Origin: Squalus acanthias
Lineage: Eukaryota
NCBI GenBank assembly: GCA_030390025.1
Contig: CM059431.1
Location: 152,398,001-152,462,000 of the forward strand
DNA: 64,000 bases
Reading direction: 5' to 3'
Shown here piece after piece: positions 1 to 12,302 of this stretch. Both the position numbers and the translations under genes were made by a program. Numbering within the stretch: position 1 is the first letter of the stretch; each line of letters opens with the position of its first letter. A model generated the notes under the pieces. That model saw nothing but the letters and a program-made list of their open reading frames with translations. It had not been told where the DNA came from and ran no database searches.

Positions 1-3000
1 AAGGTGCAGATAGACAGATTTCTGCAAGATAAGGGAGTGAAGGGTTATGGGGAGCGGGCAGGGAAGTGGCTTTGAGCCCAAGATAAGCCCTGATCTTATT
101 GAATGGCGGAGCAGGCTCGAGGGGCCAAGTGGCCTATTCCTGCTCCTAGTTCTTATGTTCTTCTGGAAACAGTTTCTCCTTATTTACTCTACCTAAACCC
201 TTCATTGATTTTTGAACACCTCTGTCAAATCTCCACATAACCTTCTCAGCGCCAAGGAAAACAACCCCAGTTTCTCCACATGACTGAAGTCCCTCATCCC
301 TGATACCATTCTCGTAAATCTCTTCTGCCCCCTCTCCAAGGCCCAACTTCCTTCCTCAAGAAATCTCCACTATCCATCTCTGCGTGCAACATTCTTGATT
401 TTAAGTGTTGGCGCGGTAAGTATTTGCCTTCGTCACTGTAATGATGCGCAGTGATATAGTTTGTTGAGCTGCTCGATTTGCGAGCAGCATCTGCCCAATG
501 CTGGCATGTCCTTACATGTTGCCTGTTCCTAGTTGCTCTGAGGGGGATCAAGAGTAAACCACGTGGTGCGCATTTAAGAGGAAGCTAGATAAATACATGA
601 GGGGGAAAGGAATATAGAGGGTTCTGCTGATGGGGTGATATGAAGAAGGGTGGGGGGGAGGCTGGTGTGGAGCACGAACACTGGCACGGACCAGTTGGGC
701 CAAATGGCCTGTTTCTGTGCTGTACATAGAAACATAAAAATAGGAGCAGGAGTAGGCCATTCGAGCATAAGAGCATGGCTGATCCTCTATCTCAATCCCT
801 ATTCCTGCTCTCTCCCCATACCCCTTGATGGCTTTTGTGTCTAGAAATCTATCTATCTCCTTCTTAAATATATTCAGTGACTTAGCCTCCACAGCCTTCT
901 GTGGTAGAGAATTCCATAGGTTCACCACCCTCTGAGTGAAGAAATTTCTCCTCATCTCAGTCCTAAATGTCCTCCCCCGTATCCTGAGACTGTGACCACT
1001 CGTTCTGGACCCCCCCAGCCAGGAGAAACATCCTCCCTGCATCCAGTCTGTCTAGCCCTGTCAGAATTTTATAAGTTTCAATGAGATCCCCTCTCATTCT
1101 TCTAAACTCGTACAATCTATGTAATTCTATGTAAGTACTTATCCAATTCCCTTTTTGAAAGTTACGATTGAATCTGCTTCCACCACCCTTTCAGGCAGTG
1201 CATTCCAGATCATAACTCGTTGCAGACATTTTTTTCCCCCTCATGTTGCTTCTGGTTCTTTTGCCGACTACCTTAAGTCTGTGTCCTCTGGTTACCGACC
1301 CTCCTGCCACTGGGAACAGAGTCTGCCTATTTACTCTGTCAAAACCCTTCACGATTTTGAACACCTCCATCAAATCTCCCCTTAAGCTTCTCTGCTCTAA
1401 GGAGAACAACCGCAGCTTCTCCAGTCTCTCCACATATTGAAAGTCTTTCATCCCTGGTACCATTCTGGTAAATCTCCTTAGCGGGCACGGGGGGGTGGGG
1501 GTGGGGGGGCTACAAGAACAGAGGGACTTGGGGGTGCATCGTCACAAATCTTTGAAGGTGGCAGGGCAAGTTGATAAGGCGGGTAAGAAAGCGCTTGGAA
1601 TACTTGGCTTTGTAAATAGGGGCATTGAATACAAAAAGAAGGAAGTCATGCTGAACCTTTACAAATCATTGATTAGGCCTCAGCTGGAGCATTGTGTCCA
1701 ATTCTGGGCCCTGCGTTTAAGGACATCAAGGCCCTGGAGAGGGTACAGCGGAGGTTGACCAGGGTGCTCCAGGGATGAGGGACTTCAGCTCTGTGGAGAG
1801 ACTGGAGAAGCTGGGGTTGTTCTCCTTAGAGCACAGAAGGTTACAGGTATTCAAAATTTAAAAAGGGGTTTTTGATCGAGCAAGTAGGGAGAAACCGTTT
1901 CCTCTGGCAACCGGGTCGATAACCAGAGGTCACTGATTTAAAATAATTGGCACAAGAACAGGCAATTGGATGTGTACTTGTAGAGGACTAATTTGCAGGC
2001 TTATGAAAGAAAGACAGACTTGCATTTCTATAGCGCCTTACACAACCACCGGACGTGTCAAAGCGCTTTACAGCCAATGAAGTACTTTTGGAGTGTAGTC
2101 GTGCTTGTAATGTGGGAAACGCGGCAGCCAATTTGTGCACAGCAAGCTCCCACAAACAGCAATGTGATAATGACCAGATCATCTGTTTTTAGTGATGTTG
2201 ATTGAAGCATAAATATTGGCCAGGACACCGGGGATAACTCCCCTGCTCTTCTTCGAATAGTGCCATGGGATCTTTTACGTCCACCTGAGAGAGCAGCTTA
2301 ACGTCTCATCCGAAAGGCGGAAAAAGCTGGGATGTGGGATTAGTGGGAGAGCTCTTTCAAAGAGCCGGAACAGACGACGGGCCGAATGGCCTCCTTCTGT
2401 GCTGTAGGATTCTATGATTCAGCCCACAGCTCCGTGCCGGTGTTTATGCTCCAAGCGAGCCTCCTCCCACCCTATCAACATATCCATCTATTCCCATCTC
2501 CCTCCTGTGTTTACCAAGCTTCCAGTAAATGGATCTATGCTATTCGCCTCAACCACTACCTGGGGTAGCGAGTCCCACCTTCTCATCACTCTCTGGGTAA
2601 ATCAATTCCACCTGAATTCTTCTGTTGTATTTATTAGTGACCATCTTACTTTGATGGCCCCTAGTTTTGGACTTCCTCCCCCAACCCCACACAAGTGGAA
2701 GCACCTTCTCCATGTCTACCCCATCAAACCCTTTCATTATCTTAATGACCTCCATGAGGTCACCCCTCATCCCTGGAAAAGAGCCCCACCCTTTCCTGAT
2801 AGATTCCTGCCCAATAACTCTGGTAATTTGTCGGGTAGGGGAGGGGGGAATTGACACCCGAATGCTTCCCAGGAGTTGTATTGAGAAGGCAACCTTCTCC
2901 CACCCTACCTGACCTGACCTACATGTGACTCAGGTCCCACACTATTTCATTGGCTCTTTATGCCCTCAAAGCAAAGTAGGGAATGGACAATCAATGCGAC

Positions 3001-3593
3001 CCTTGTAAGCTCCACCCACATCCAAAGAACAAGTTAGCAATAAGAATATGATGGATATCTGGGGGGGCAGGGAGGTTTGAGGGGGACATCTTCAAACCAG
3101 CTTACATTTATACAGCACCTTTACTGTAGTAAGTCCCAAGGCGATTCACAGGAGCGATTATCAAACAAAATTATCGAGCCACGATAAGGCGATATTAGGA
3201 CAGCTGACCAAAAGCTTGGACAAAGAGATAGGTTTTAAGGAGCGTCTTAAAGGAGGAGAGAGGGGGAGAGGGGTTTAGGAAGGGAATTCCAGTCTTTGGG
3301 GCCTCAGCGGCTGAAGGCACGGCCGCCAATGGTGGAGCGATTAAAATCGTGGGTGGGTGGGTGGGGGGGGGGGATGTGCAAGAGGCCAGAATTGGAGGAA
3401 CGCAGATATCTGAGGGTTGTAGGGCTCGAGGAGGTTAGAGAGATCGGGAAGGGGTGAAGCCATGGAGGGGTTTGAACACAGGAATGGAAATTGGGCAGGG
3501 CGACCGAGAGTCAAGGTAGGTCAGCGAGCACGGGGCTGGGGGCGAAGGTGTGGATAACGGGCGAGTGTGAGTGAGAGTGAGAGGGGAACCTAC

Positions 3594-3689
3594 CTTCCGT
3601 GCCACGTCCCGGGAGAAATAGCTGTAAGGTGCAAACTTTAGGTGGCACCGGTCCCCTGTCCTCTTGTTGATGATGTCGATTTCCCCACT
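3594..3689 (-). CDS. OSBP: OSBP (oxysterol-binding protein) internal exon, ORD domain; 96 bp, phase 0-0, intact
   Basis: cag|AGT...AAG|gtagg; translates SGEIDIINKRTGDRCHLKFAPYSYFSRDVARK, matching vertebrate OSBP SGEIDIVNHKTGDKCNLKFVPYSYFSRDVARK. Confidence 0.93.
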
Positions 3690-3746
3690 CTGTTAGCACA
3701 AAAACAAGAACGCGACGGTAAGTACTGGTCAGTTCAAGTATCCTCG

Positions 3747-6340
3747 GAACACAGGAGGAGGCCATTTAACCCCTCGAGCCTGTTACACAGGAACAGGAGG
3801 AGGCCATTTAACCCCTCGAGCCTGTTACACAGGAACAGGAGGAGGCCATTTAACCCCTCGAGCCTGTTACACAGGTATGATTTTTCAGAATTCATTAGAC
3901 TCGGGAACAGTGCCCATGGATTGGAGGGTAGCTAACGTTACCCCACTATTCAAAAAGGGGGGTAGGGAAAAAGCAGGTAATTACAGACCTGTAAGCCTTA
4001 CATCAGTTGTGGGCAAAATGCTGGAGTCCATCATTAAGGATGAAATAGCGGAGCACTTAGCAAATGGGGACAGGATAGGACAGAGTCAACATGGATTTAC
4101 AAAGGGTAAATCGTGCTTGACTAATCTATTGGAATTTTTTGAGGGAGTAACTGGTAAAATAGATGGGGGAGAGCCAGTAGATGTGGTGTACCTGGACTTC
4201 CAAAAGGCCTTCGATAAGGTCCCACATAAAAGATTAGCAGGGAAAATTGAAGCTCATGGGATAAAGGGGAAAGTATTGACGTGGATAGAGAACTGGCTGT
4301 CAGATAGAAAACAGAGAGTTGGAATAAACGGCTCATTTTCTGAATGGCAGGCAGTAACAAGTGGGGTACCACAGGGATCTGTCCTGGGTCCCCAGCTGTT
4401 CACAATTTACATTAATGACCTGGATCAGGGAGTCGGATGCAGCATTTCCAAATTTGCAGACGACACTAAACTAGGAGGGGGGGTGGGCTCAGAGGAGGAG
4501 ACCAGGAAGCTCCAGAGCGATTTGGACAGACTGGGTGATTGGGCGGATAAATGACAGATGCACTATAATGTGGACAAGTGCGAAGTTATCCACCTTGGGT
4601 GCAGGAACGGGAGGGCAAATTATTATTTAAATGGCAATAAATTGGGAGAGGGGGAAGTACAGAGAGACCTGGGTGTTCTTGTACACCAGTCACTGAAGGC
4701 GAGCATGCAGGTGCAACAGGCGATCAAGAAGGCAAACGGTATGCTGGCCTTCATAGCAAAAGGGTTGGAATACAGGAACAGGGATACCTTGCTGCAGCTG
4801 TACAGGGCACTGGTGAGACCACACCTCGAGTACTGTGTACAGTTTTGGTCGCCTCATCTGAGGAAAGATGTTCTTGCCATGGAGGGGGTGCAGCGGCGAT
4901 TCACCAGGCTGATACCAGGAATGGCGGGATTGACCTATGAGGAGAGACTATGTAGTTTAGGGATGTACACACTGGAGTTTAGAAGATTGAGAGGGGACCT
5001 CATAGAAGTGTATAAAATTCTGACAGGTCTAGACAGACTAGATGCAGAAGGAATGTTTCCCTTGGCGGGTGAGAACAGAACTAGAGGACATAATTTAAGG
5101 ATAAGGGCTAAACCATTTAGGACAGAAATGAGGGGGAATTTCTTCACTCAGAGGGTGGTGAACCTGTGGAACTCATTGCCACAGAGGGCAGTGTACGCCA
5201 GCTCATTAAATATATTTAAGAGGGAATTAGATATATTTCTACAGGCAAAAGGGGTTAAGGGTTACGGAGAGAAGGCGGGGACGGGATACTGAATTGGAGG
5301 ATCAGCCATGATCTCATTAAATGGCGGAGCAGGCTCGAAGGGCCGGATGGCCTACTCCTGCTCCTATCTTCTATGTATCTATGTATGTAACAGGAGGAGG
5401 CCATTCAGCCCCTCGAGCCTGTTACACAGGAACAGGAGGAGGCCATTCAGCCCCTCGAGCCTGTTACACAGGAACAGGAGGAGGCCATTCAGCCCCTCGA
5501 GCCTGTTACACAGGAACAGGAGGAGGCCATTTAACCCCTCGAGCCTGTTACACAGGAACAGGAGGAGGCCATTTAACCCCTCGAGCCTGTTACATAGGAA
5601 CAGGAGGAGGCCATTCAGCCCCTCGAGCCTGTTACACAGGAACAGGAGGAGGCCATTTAACCCCTCGAGCCTTTTACACAGGAACAGGAGGAGGCCATTT
5701 AACCCCTCGAGCCTGTTACATAGGAACAGGAGGAGGCCCATTCAGCCTCTCGAGCCTGTTACACAGGAACAGGAGGAGGCCATTCAGCCCCTCAAGCCAG
5801 TTACACAGGAACAGGAGGAGGCCATTTAACCCCTCGAGCCTGTTACATTGGAACAGGAGGAGGCCATTCAGCCCCTCGAGCCTGTTACACAGGAACAGGA
5901 GGAGGCCCATTCAGCCCCTCGAGCCTGTTACACAGGAACAGGAGGAGGCCGTTCAGCCCCGAGAGCCTGTTACATTGGAACAGGAGGAGGCCATTCAGCC
6001 CCTCGAGCCTGTTACACAGGAACAGGAGGAGGCCATTCAGCCCCTCGAGCCTGTTACACAGGAACAGGAGGAGGCCATTCAGCCCCTCGAGCCTGTTACA
6101 CAGGAACAGGAGGAGGCCATTTAACCCCTCCAGCCTGTTACACAGGAACAGGAGGAGGCTGTTTAACCCCTCCAGCCTGTTACACAGGAACAGGAGGAGG
6201 CTGTTTAACCTCTCCAGCCTGTTACACAGGAACAGGAGGAGGCCGTTCAGCCCCGAGAGCCTGTTACACTGGAACAGGAGGAGGCCGTTCAGCCCCGAGA
6301 GCCTGTTACACAGGAACAGGAGGAGGCCATTCAGCTCCCC
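3747..6340 (+). repeat. 42-bp minisatellite (3747-3874 and 5388-6340), split by the CR1
   Basis: Unit ACAGGAACAGGAGGAGGCCATTCAGCCCCTCGAGCCTGTTAC; resembles the antisense CR1 3' tail. Confidence 0.95.
3875..5387 (+). mobile_element. Young 5'-truncated CR1 LINE (RT domain to 3' tail) inserted in a minisatellite
   Basis: [34 protein letters not shown]; a single TGA at 4552-4554 separates the 225- and 244-aa ORFs; tail (CTATGTAT)n. Confidence 0.95.
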
Positions 6341-6630
6341 GTAGCCCTGTATCAATCCCAAACTAATCCCACTGTCCCACTCTCCCCATAGCCCTGTATC
6401 AATCCCAAAACTAATCCCACTGCCCGGCTCTCTCCCCGTAACCCTGTATCAATCCTAAACTAATCCCACTGCCCCGCTCTCTCCCCATAGCCCTGTATCA
6501 ATCCCAAAACTAATCCCACTGCCCGGCTCTCTCCCCGTAACCCTGTATCAATCCTAAACTAATCCCACTGTCCCGCTCTCTCCCCATAGCCCTGTATCAA
6601 TCCCAAACTAATCCTACTGCCCCGCTCTCA
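6341..6630 (+). repeat. About 47-50-bp minisatellite
   Basis: Unit AGCCCTGTATCAATCCCAAACTAATCCCACTGTCCCGCTCTCCCCAT. Confidence 0.9.
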
Positions 6631-7116
6631 GCCAATGATGTACGTTTGAAGTGTTGTCACTATTGTAAAGTATGGAAGGCGGCAGCCAATGAGCGCACAG
6701 AAAAGTCCCACAAAAAACAATGCAGTAAATGACTGGATCAAATGTTTTTATTTAAAAAGTGATGTTGGTTGAGGGATAAATATTGGCCCCAGGACACTGG
6801 GAAGAACTCCCCTGTTCTTCTTCCAAATAGTGACCATGGGATCTTTTACGTCCACTGGAGACAGCAGGCGGGGCCTCGGTTTAACATCTCACCCGAAAGA
6901 CGGGACCTTCGATAGTGCAGCACTCTCTCAGTACTGCCCCATCTGACGGCGCAGTGCCCCTCCCTCAGTGCAGCGCTCCCTCGATACTGCCCCTCCGACA
7001 GTGCGGTGCTCCCTCAGTACTGCCCCGCCGACAGTGCAGCGCTCCCTCAGTACTGCCCCTCCGACAGTGTGGTGCTCCCACAGTACTGCCCCGCCGACAG
7101 TGCAGCGCTCCCTCAC

Positions 7117-7649
7117 CTGGTCGATCCACAGCTTGCCTACGATGATGTTGTGCACTGTGGTGGTGACTTTTCTCCACGTGTAGTGGTGGCAACACGGTGG
7201 CATAGTGGTTAGCACTGGTGCCTCACAGCGCCAGAGACCCGGGTTCGAATCTGACCTCGGGTGACTGTCTGTGTGGAGTTTGCACATTCTCCCCGTGTCT
7301 GCGTGGGTTTCCTCCGGGTGCTCCGGTTTCCTCCCACAGTCCAAAAATGTGTGGGTTAGGTTGATTTGGCTATGATAAATTGACCCTTAGTGTTAGGGGG
7401 GATTAAATATGTGGGGTTATGGGGATAGGATGGGATAGGTTAGGGGGAATTAAATACGTGGGGTTACGGGGGTAGGGTGGGATATGTGTACTGTGGGGAT
7501 TAAAGCAGGGACAGGGTACTGGATTTGGATGATCAGCCATGATCGTATTGAATGGCGGAGCAGGCTCGACGGGCCGAATGGCCTACTCCTGCTCCTAGAT
7601 TCTATGTTTCTATGTTTGCCGCTTTGATGGAAGGTGCAGTGGATGGAGC
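7117..7649 (-). pseudogene. OSBP: OSBP exon (104 bp) split into 7618-7649 and 7117-7188 by a SINE insertion
   Basis: cag|GC TCC ATC.. gives (G)SIHCTFHQSG, then a 429-bp insert, then HHYTWRKVTTTVHNIIVGKLWIDQ|gtgagg. The joined halves give the contiguous OSBP motif. Read-through into the insert stops at 7450-7452. Confidence 0.9.
7189..7617 (+). mobile_element. HE1-like V-SINE (tRNA head + V domain + CR1-type tail) inserted in an OSBP exon
   Basis: A box TGGCATAGTGG, B box GGTTCGAATC, V-domain TGTGGAGTTTGCACATTCTCCCCGTGTCTGCGTGGGTTTCCTCCGGGTGCTCCGGTTTCCTCCCAC, tail ..GAATGGCCTACTCCTGCTCC..(TCTATGTT)n. Confidence 0.9.
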
Positions 7650-7799
7650 CTGCAGCACAGAAGACACGTGCATCAGACGATTGGCACATCTTACACTTAA
7701 AAAGCACCAGAAGCAGGTCAGTGGACCATGTGTGTGCGGAGGGGGTGGGAGCGGGTAAACGGTAATTCTATTACACACATTTCTGGGCTCCACGTCTGC

Positions 7800-9035
7800 A
7801 TGACACTCCAGTCCGGGCCTGCGTGTGTGTGTGTGTGACTCCAGTCCGGGCCTGTGTGTGTGTCTGAGAGGCTCCAGTCCGGGCCTGTGTGTGTGTGAGA
7901 GGCTCCAGTCCGGGCCTGTGTGTGTGTGAGAGACACTCCAGTCAGGGCCTGTGTGTGTGTGAGAGACACTCCAGTCCGGGGAGTCTGTGTGTGTGAGAGA
8001 CACTCCAGTCCGGGGAGTCTGTGTGTGTGTGTCTGACACTCCAGTCCGGGCCTGTGTGTGTGTGTCTGACACTCCAGTCCGGGCCTGTGTGTGTGTGCCT
8101 GACACTCCAGTCCGGGCCTGTGTGTGTGTGTCTGACACTCCAGTCCGGGCCTGTGTGTGTGTGTCTGACACTCCAGTCCGGGCCTGTGTGTGTGTGTCTG
8201 ACACTCCAGTCCGGGCCTGTGTGTGTGTGTCTGACACTCCAGTCCGGGCCTGTGTGTGTGTGTCTGACACTCCAGTCCGGGCCTGTGTGTGTGTGTCTGA
8301 CACTCCAGTCCGGGCCTGTGTGTGTGTGTCTGACACTCCAGTCCGGGCCTGTGTGTGTGTGTCTGACACTCCAGTCCGGGCCTGTGTGTGTGTGTCTGAC
8401 ACTCCAGTCCGGGCCTGTGTGTGTGTGTCTGACACTCCAGTCCGGGCCTGTGTGTGTGTGTCTGACACTCCAGTCCAGGCCTGTGTGTGTGTGTCTGACA
8501 CTCCAGTCCGGGCCTGTGTGTGTGTGTGAAAGACTCCAGTCCGGGCCTGTGTGTGTGTGAAAGACTCCAGTCCGGGCCTGTGTGTGTGAGAAAGACTCCA
8601 GTCCGGGCCTGTGTGTGTGTGAAAGACTCCAGTCCGGGCCTGTGTGTGTGTGAAAGACTCCAGTCCGGGCCTGTGTGTGTGTGTGACTCCAGTCCGGGCC
8701 TGTGTGTGTGTGAAAGACTCCAGTCCGGGCTTGTGCGTGTGTGACTCCAGTCCGGGTCTGTGTGTGTGTTTTTAAGACTCCAGTCCAGGCCTGTATGTGT
8801 GTGTGACACTCCAGTCCTTACCCAGTCTGGGACTATGTGTGACTCCAGTCCTTACCCAGTCTGGGACTATGTGTGACTCCAGTCCTTACCTAGTTTGGGA
8901 CTACAGGTGACTCCGGTCCTTACCCAGTCTGGGACCATGTGTGACTCCGGTCCTTACCCAGTCTGGGACTATAGGTGACTCCGGTCCTTACCCAGTCTGG
9001 GACCATGTGCGACTCCGGTCCTTACCCAGTCTGAC
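7800..9035 (+). repeat. Two adjoining 32-33-bp minisatellites sharing an ACTCCAGTCC core
   Basis: GACACTCCAGTCCGGGCC(TG)nTCT to about 8810, then GTGACTCCAGTCCTTACCCAGTCTGGGACTAT. Confidence 0.95.
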
Positions 9036-9166
9036 CCAATAAATGCTGGCTTTGCCAGCAATGCCCACGACCAGAGAAGGAATATAATGAATGATATATT
9101 GTTTTGAAACCACCCACACAGCAAGCTGGGATTGTTGCCCAGCTGGTGAATCACTGGCACACTTAC

Positions 9167-9287
9167 CCAGGGGCATGATGGACAGGTATTTGCCTCGGAA
9201 CTTGCTGGCGATGGCTATCTCCTGGCGCAGTGCCCAGCCATTCTTGGACTCGGCGTGATGGGCAGCGGCCGGAGGGTGGTGGCTGAC
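9167..9287 (-). CDS. OSBP: OSBP exon carrying the (EQ)VSHHPP signature; 121 bp, phase 0-1, intact
   Basis: cag|GTC..CTG G|gtaagt; VSHHPPAAAHHAESKNGWALRQEIAIASKFRGKYLSIMPLG. Confidence 0.95.
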
Positions 9288-10611
9288 CTGGGGAGGGGGT
9301 TCAAAGCAGCACACCGTTAAAAACATTACGCCCTCCCCCGAAACGATCCAATCAGTGCCTCCTCCTGGCGACAGGTCAACCCCGCGTCCTAACAGGGGGC
9401 CCCGTGGGCTTCAGTTAGAGTGAGCTTCCCTTCACCGGTTACCAGATCTGCCGTAACCACCCCACTCTGAACAAAGCCAGAAGTACTTCAGCTTTGATCG
9501 GAGTCCGTTCGCTCGCTGGCCTGCTTCGGGCTCCCGCTCCGGCAATGCTTCGATTTTAAAACTCGGCCTGATTTTCAAATCCCTCCCGGGCCCTCGCGCC
9601 CCCACACCCCCCACTCTTCCCTAACTCTGTAACCTCCTCCAGCTCTACAACATAACATAAGAAATAGGAGCAGGAATAGGCCACTTGGCCCCTCCAGCCT
9701 GCTCCGCCATTCAATAAGATCAGGGCTGATCTTGGGCTCAAAGCCACTTCCCTGCCCGCTCCCCATAACCCTTCACTCCCTTATCTTGCAAAAATCTGTC
9801 TATCTCTACCTTCAATGTATTTCATGACCCAGCCTCCACAGCTCTCTGGGGCAGAGAATTCCACAGATTTACGACCCTCTGAGAGAAGAGATTCCTCCTC
9901 ATCTCAGTTCTAAAAGGGCGACCCTTTATTCTGAAACTATGCCCCCCGAGTTCTAGATCTCCCCACGAGGGGAAACGTCCTCTCTGCAGCTACCTTGTCG
10001 AGCCCCCTCAGCATCTTCTATGTTTCAACCTTCGGAGATCTCTGCGCTCCTGCAATTCTGGCCTCCTGCCCATCTCCCAATTTCCAAATCGCTCCAACAT
10101 TGGCGGCCGTGCCTTCATGTGCCTCGGCCCCAAGCTCTGGAATTCCCCTCCGTGAACACCTCTACCTTTCTTTTCTCCTCCTTAAATCCTACCTCTTTGA
10201 CCAAGCTTTTGGTCACCTGCCCTAATATCTCATGTGGCTCGGTGTCAAACTTGTGTCTGATTAACGCTCCTGGTGAAGTACCTCGGAACCTTGTTGGGAC
10301 GTTAAAAGGCGCTGTTGTCTCAAAGCACTTTGCAGCCAATGAAGTACCTTTTGACGTGCGGTCACGGTTGTGATGTCGGAAACGCGGCAGCCAATTTGCG
10401 CACAGCAAGCTCCCGCAAACAGCAACGTGATCGTGACCGGTTCACCTGCTTTTCAGCTGCTGTTGACCGAGGGATCTGGAGCTGGTGAAAGGCGCTGTAT
10501 ACACGCAACTCCCTTCTTCCTTTGATCAAAGTTACCCAGTTAATAGGCCGCAGCTACACCTCAGCCCTGTGAAGCGAGGACTAAAGCCTAACCTCCAGAA
10601 AGAGAGGGGAG

Positions 10612-10862
10612 CTACAGCACGGGTTAGATACAGAGTAAAGCTCCCTCTACACTGTCCCATCAAACACTCCCAGGGCAGGTACAGCACGGGTTAGATACAG
10701 AGTAAAGCTCCCTCTACACTGCCCCATCAAACACTCCCAGGGCAGGTACAGCACGGGTTAGATTCAGAGTAAAGCTCTCTCTACACTGCCCCATCAAACA
10801 CTCCCAGGGCAGGTACAGCACGGGTTAGATTCAGAGTAAAGCACTATCTACACTGTCCCATC
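10612..10862 (+). repeat. About 67-bp tandem repeat, about 4 units
   Basis: TACAGCACGGGTTAGATACAGAGTAAAGCTCCCTCTACACTGTCCCATCAAACACTCCCAGGGCAGG. Confidence 0.9.
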
Positions 10863-11529
10863 GCAGAAGCCGGCATTAGATACAGCACAGCAACTTATAT
10901 TTCTTTAACAATTTTAGGGTAGAAAAGATATCCCAAAATGCTTCACAGCGGTGTGAGGAACAAAAACTGAAAGGCAACAGAGCAAATATTAGCACGATGG
11001 ACCAATAGCTCGGGAGGGGCATGAGCACGGACAGATTTAAACTCACACACGGCTTAGAAAAATCTCTCTATTGACAGAGCGTTAGAATAAAGCAGTCTGA
11101 AGTGGCGCCAGGATACCACACACCAGCTACCCCGATATGGCCCGCTCCCCCGTACCGCGCACCCAGATATAGCCTATGGGGCTTCTGCCACACGGGTTTC
11201 CCGCAGGGGGGCTTACAATTACACACAGCATAAAAAGCAGCCCATTCGGCCCGACAGGTCGATGCCGGTGTTTATGCTCCACACGAGCCTCCTCCTACCA
11301 CTCTTCATCTAACCCCAATCAACATATTCTCCGAGTCCTTGGCCTTTCAACCCTCCCTGGGCCTAGGATCAGCAAGCCTAAACGTGGCGCCCACTACTTC
11401 TGGCCTGTTGAGATCTTGGCAGCTGAACTCATCATCAGAAGCATAATAACATAAGGAATAGGGTCAGGAGTAGGCCATTCGGCCCCTCGAGCCTGCCCCG
11501 CCATTCAATAAGGTCACGGCTGATCTGAT

Positions 11530-12105
11530 CATAGAATCATAGAAAGTTACAGCACGAAGGAGGCCATTTCAGCCCATCGTGTCCACGCTGGCCAACAAAG
11601 AGCTGTCCAGCCTAATCCCACTTCCCAGCTCTTGGTCTGCAGCCCTGCAGGTTAGAGCATCCCAAGTGCACATCCAAGTACTTTTTAAATGTGGTTAGGG
11701 TTCCTGCCTCTACCACCCTTTCAGGCAGTGAGTTCCAGACCCCTACAACCCTCTGAGTGAAGCAGTTTCCCCTCCAAACCTTCCCCCAATTACTTTAAAT
11801 CTGTGCCCATTGGTTTTTGACCCCTCTGCTAAGGGAAATAGGTCCTTTCTATCCACTTTATCTAGGCCCCTCATAATTTTATACACCTCAATAAGGTCTC
11901 CCCTCAGCCTCCTCTGTTCCAAGGAAAACAGACCCAGCCTATCCAATCTTTCCTCATAGCTAAGATTCTCTACTCCCGGCATCATCCTTGTAAATCTCCT
12001 CTGTACCGTCTCTAGTGCAACCACATCTTTCCTGTAACGTGGTGACCAGAACTGCACGCAGTACTCTAGCTGAGGCCTAACTAGTGTTTTATACAGTTGA
12101 AGCAT
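11530..12105 (-). mobile_element. CR1 3' fragment nested in another CR1 tail
   Basis: LYKTLVRPQLEYCVQFWSP..RRLRGDLIEVYKI. Confidence 0.88.
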
Positions 12106-12302
12106 AACCGTTGAAGCATGATCTTGGCCTCAACGCCACTTTCCGCTCCCCATAACCCTGGACTCCCCTGTAGCTCAAATATATGTCGACCTCCGCCTTG
12201 AATATATTCAATGACTCCGCCTCCGCAGCTCTCTGGGGTAGAGAATTCCAAAGATTCACGACCCTCAGAAGAAATTCCTCCTCCTCCCGGCTCTCCACCT
12301 AC

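Noticed and set aside
360..550. Unique island with a perfect plus donor GCG|gtaagt at 416 (..YPSLRATFLILSVGA)
   Set aside because: Too short to assign, upstream is CR1-derived with no independent acceptor, and it is not the next OSBP exon
1100..2000. Head-to-head CR1 fragments as a single twin-primed inverted insertion
   Set aside because: The two pieces cover overlapping parts of CR1 and differ in sequence, so they are separate copies
7189..7617. SINE as a precisely removable new intron
   Set aside because: On the gene strand it starts (GC)AAAC and ends ..GTGTTGC, with no GT/GC-AG pair that restores the exon exactly
5308..8809. Repetitive ORFs (RNRRRPFSPSSLLH, SDTHTQARTGV)
   Set aside because: Tandem-repeat translations, open on both strands
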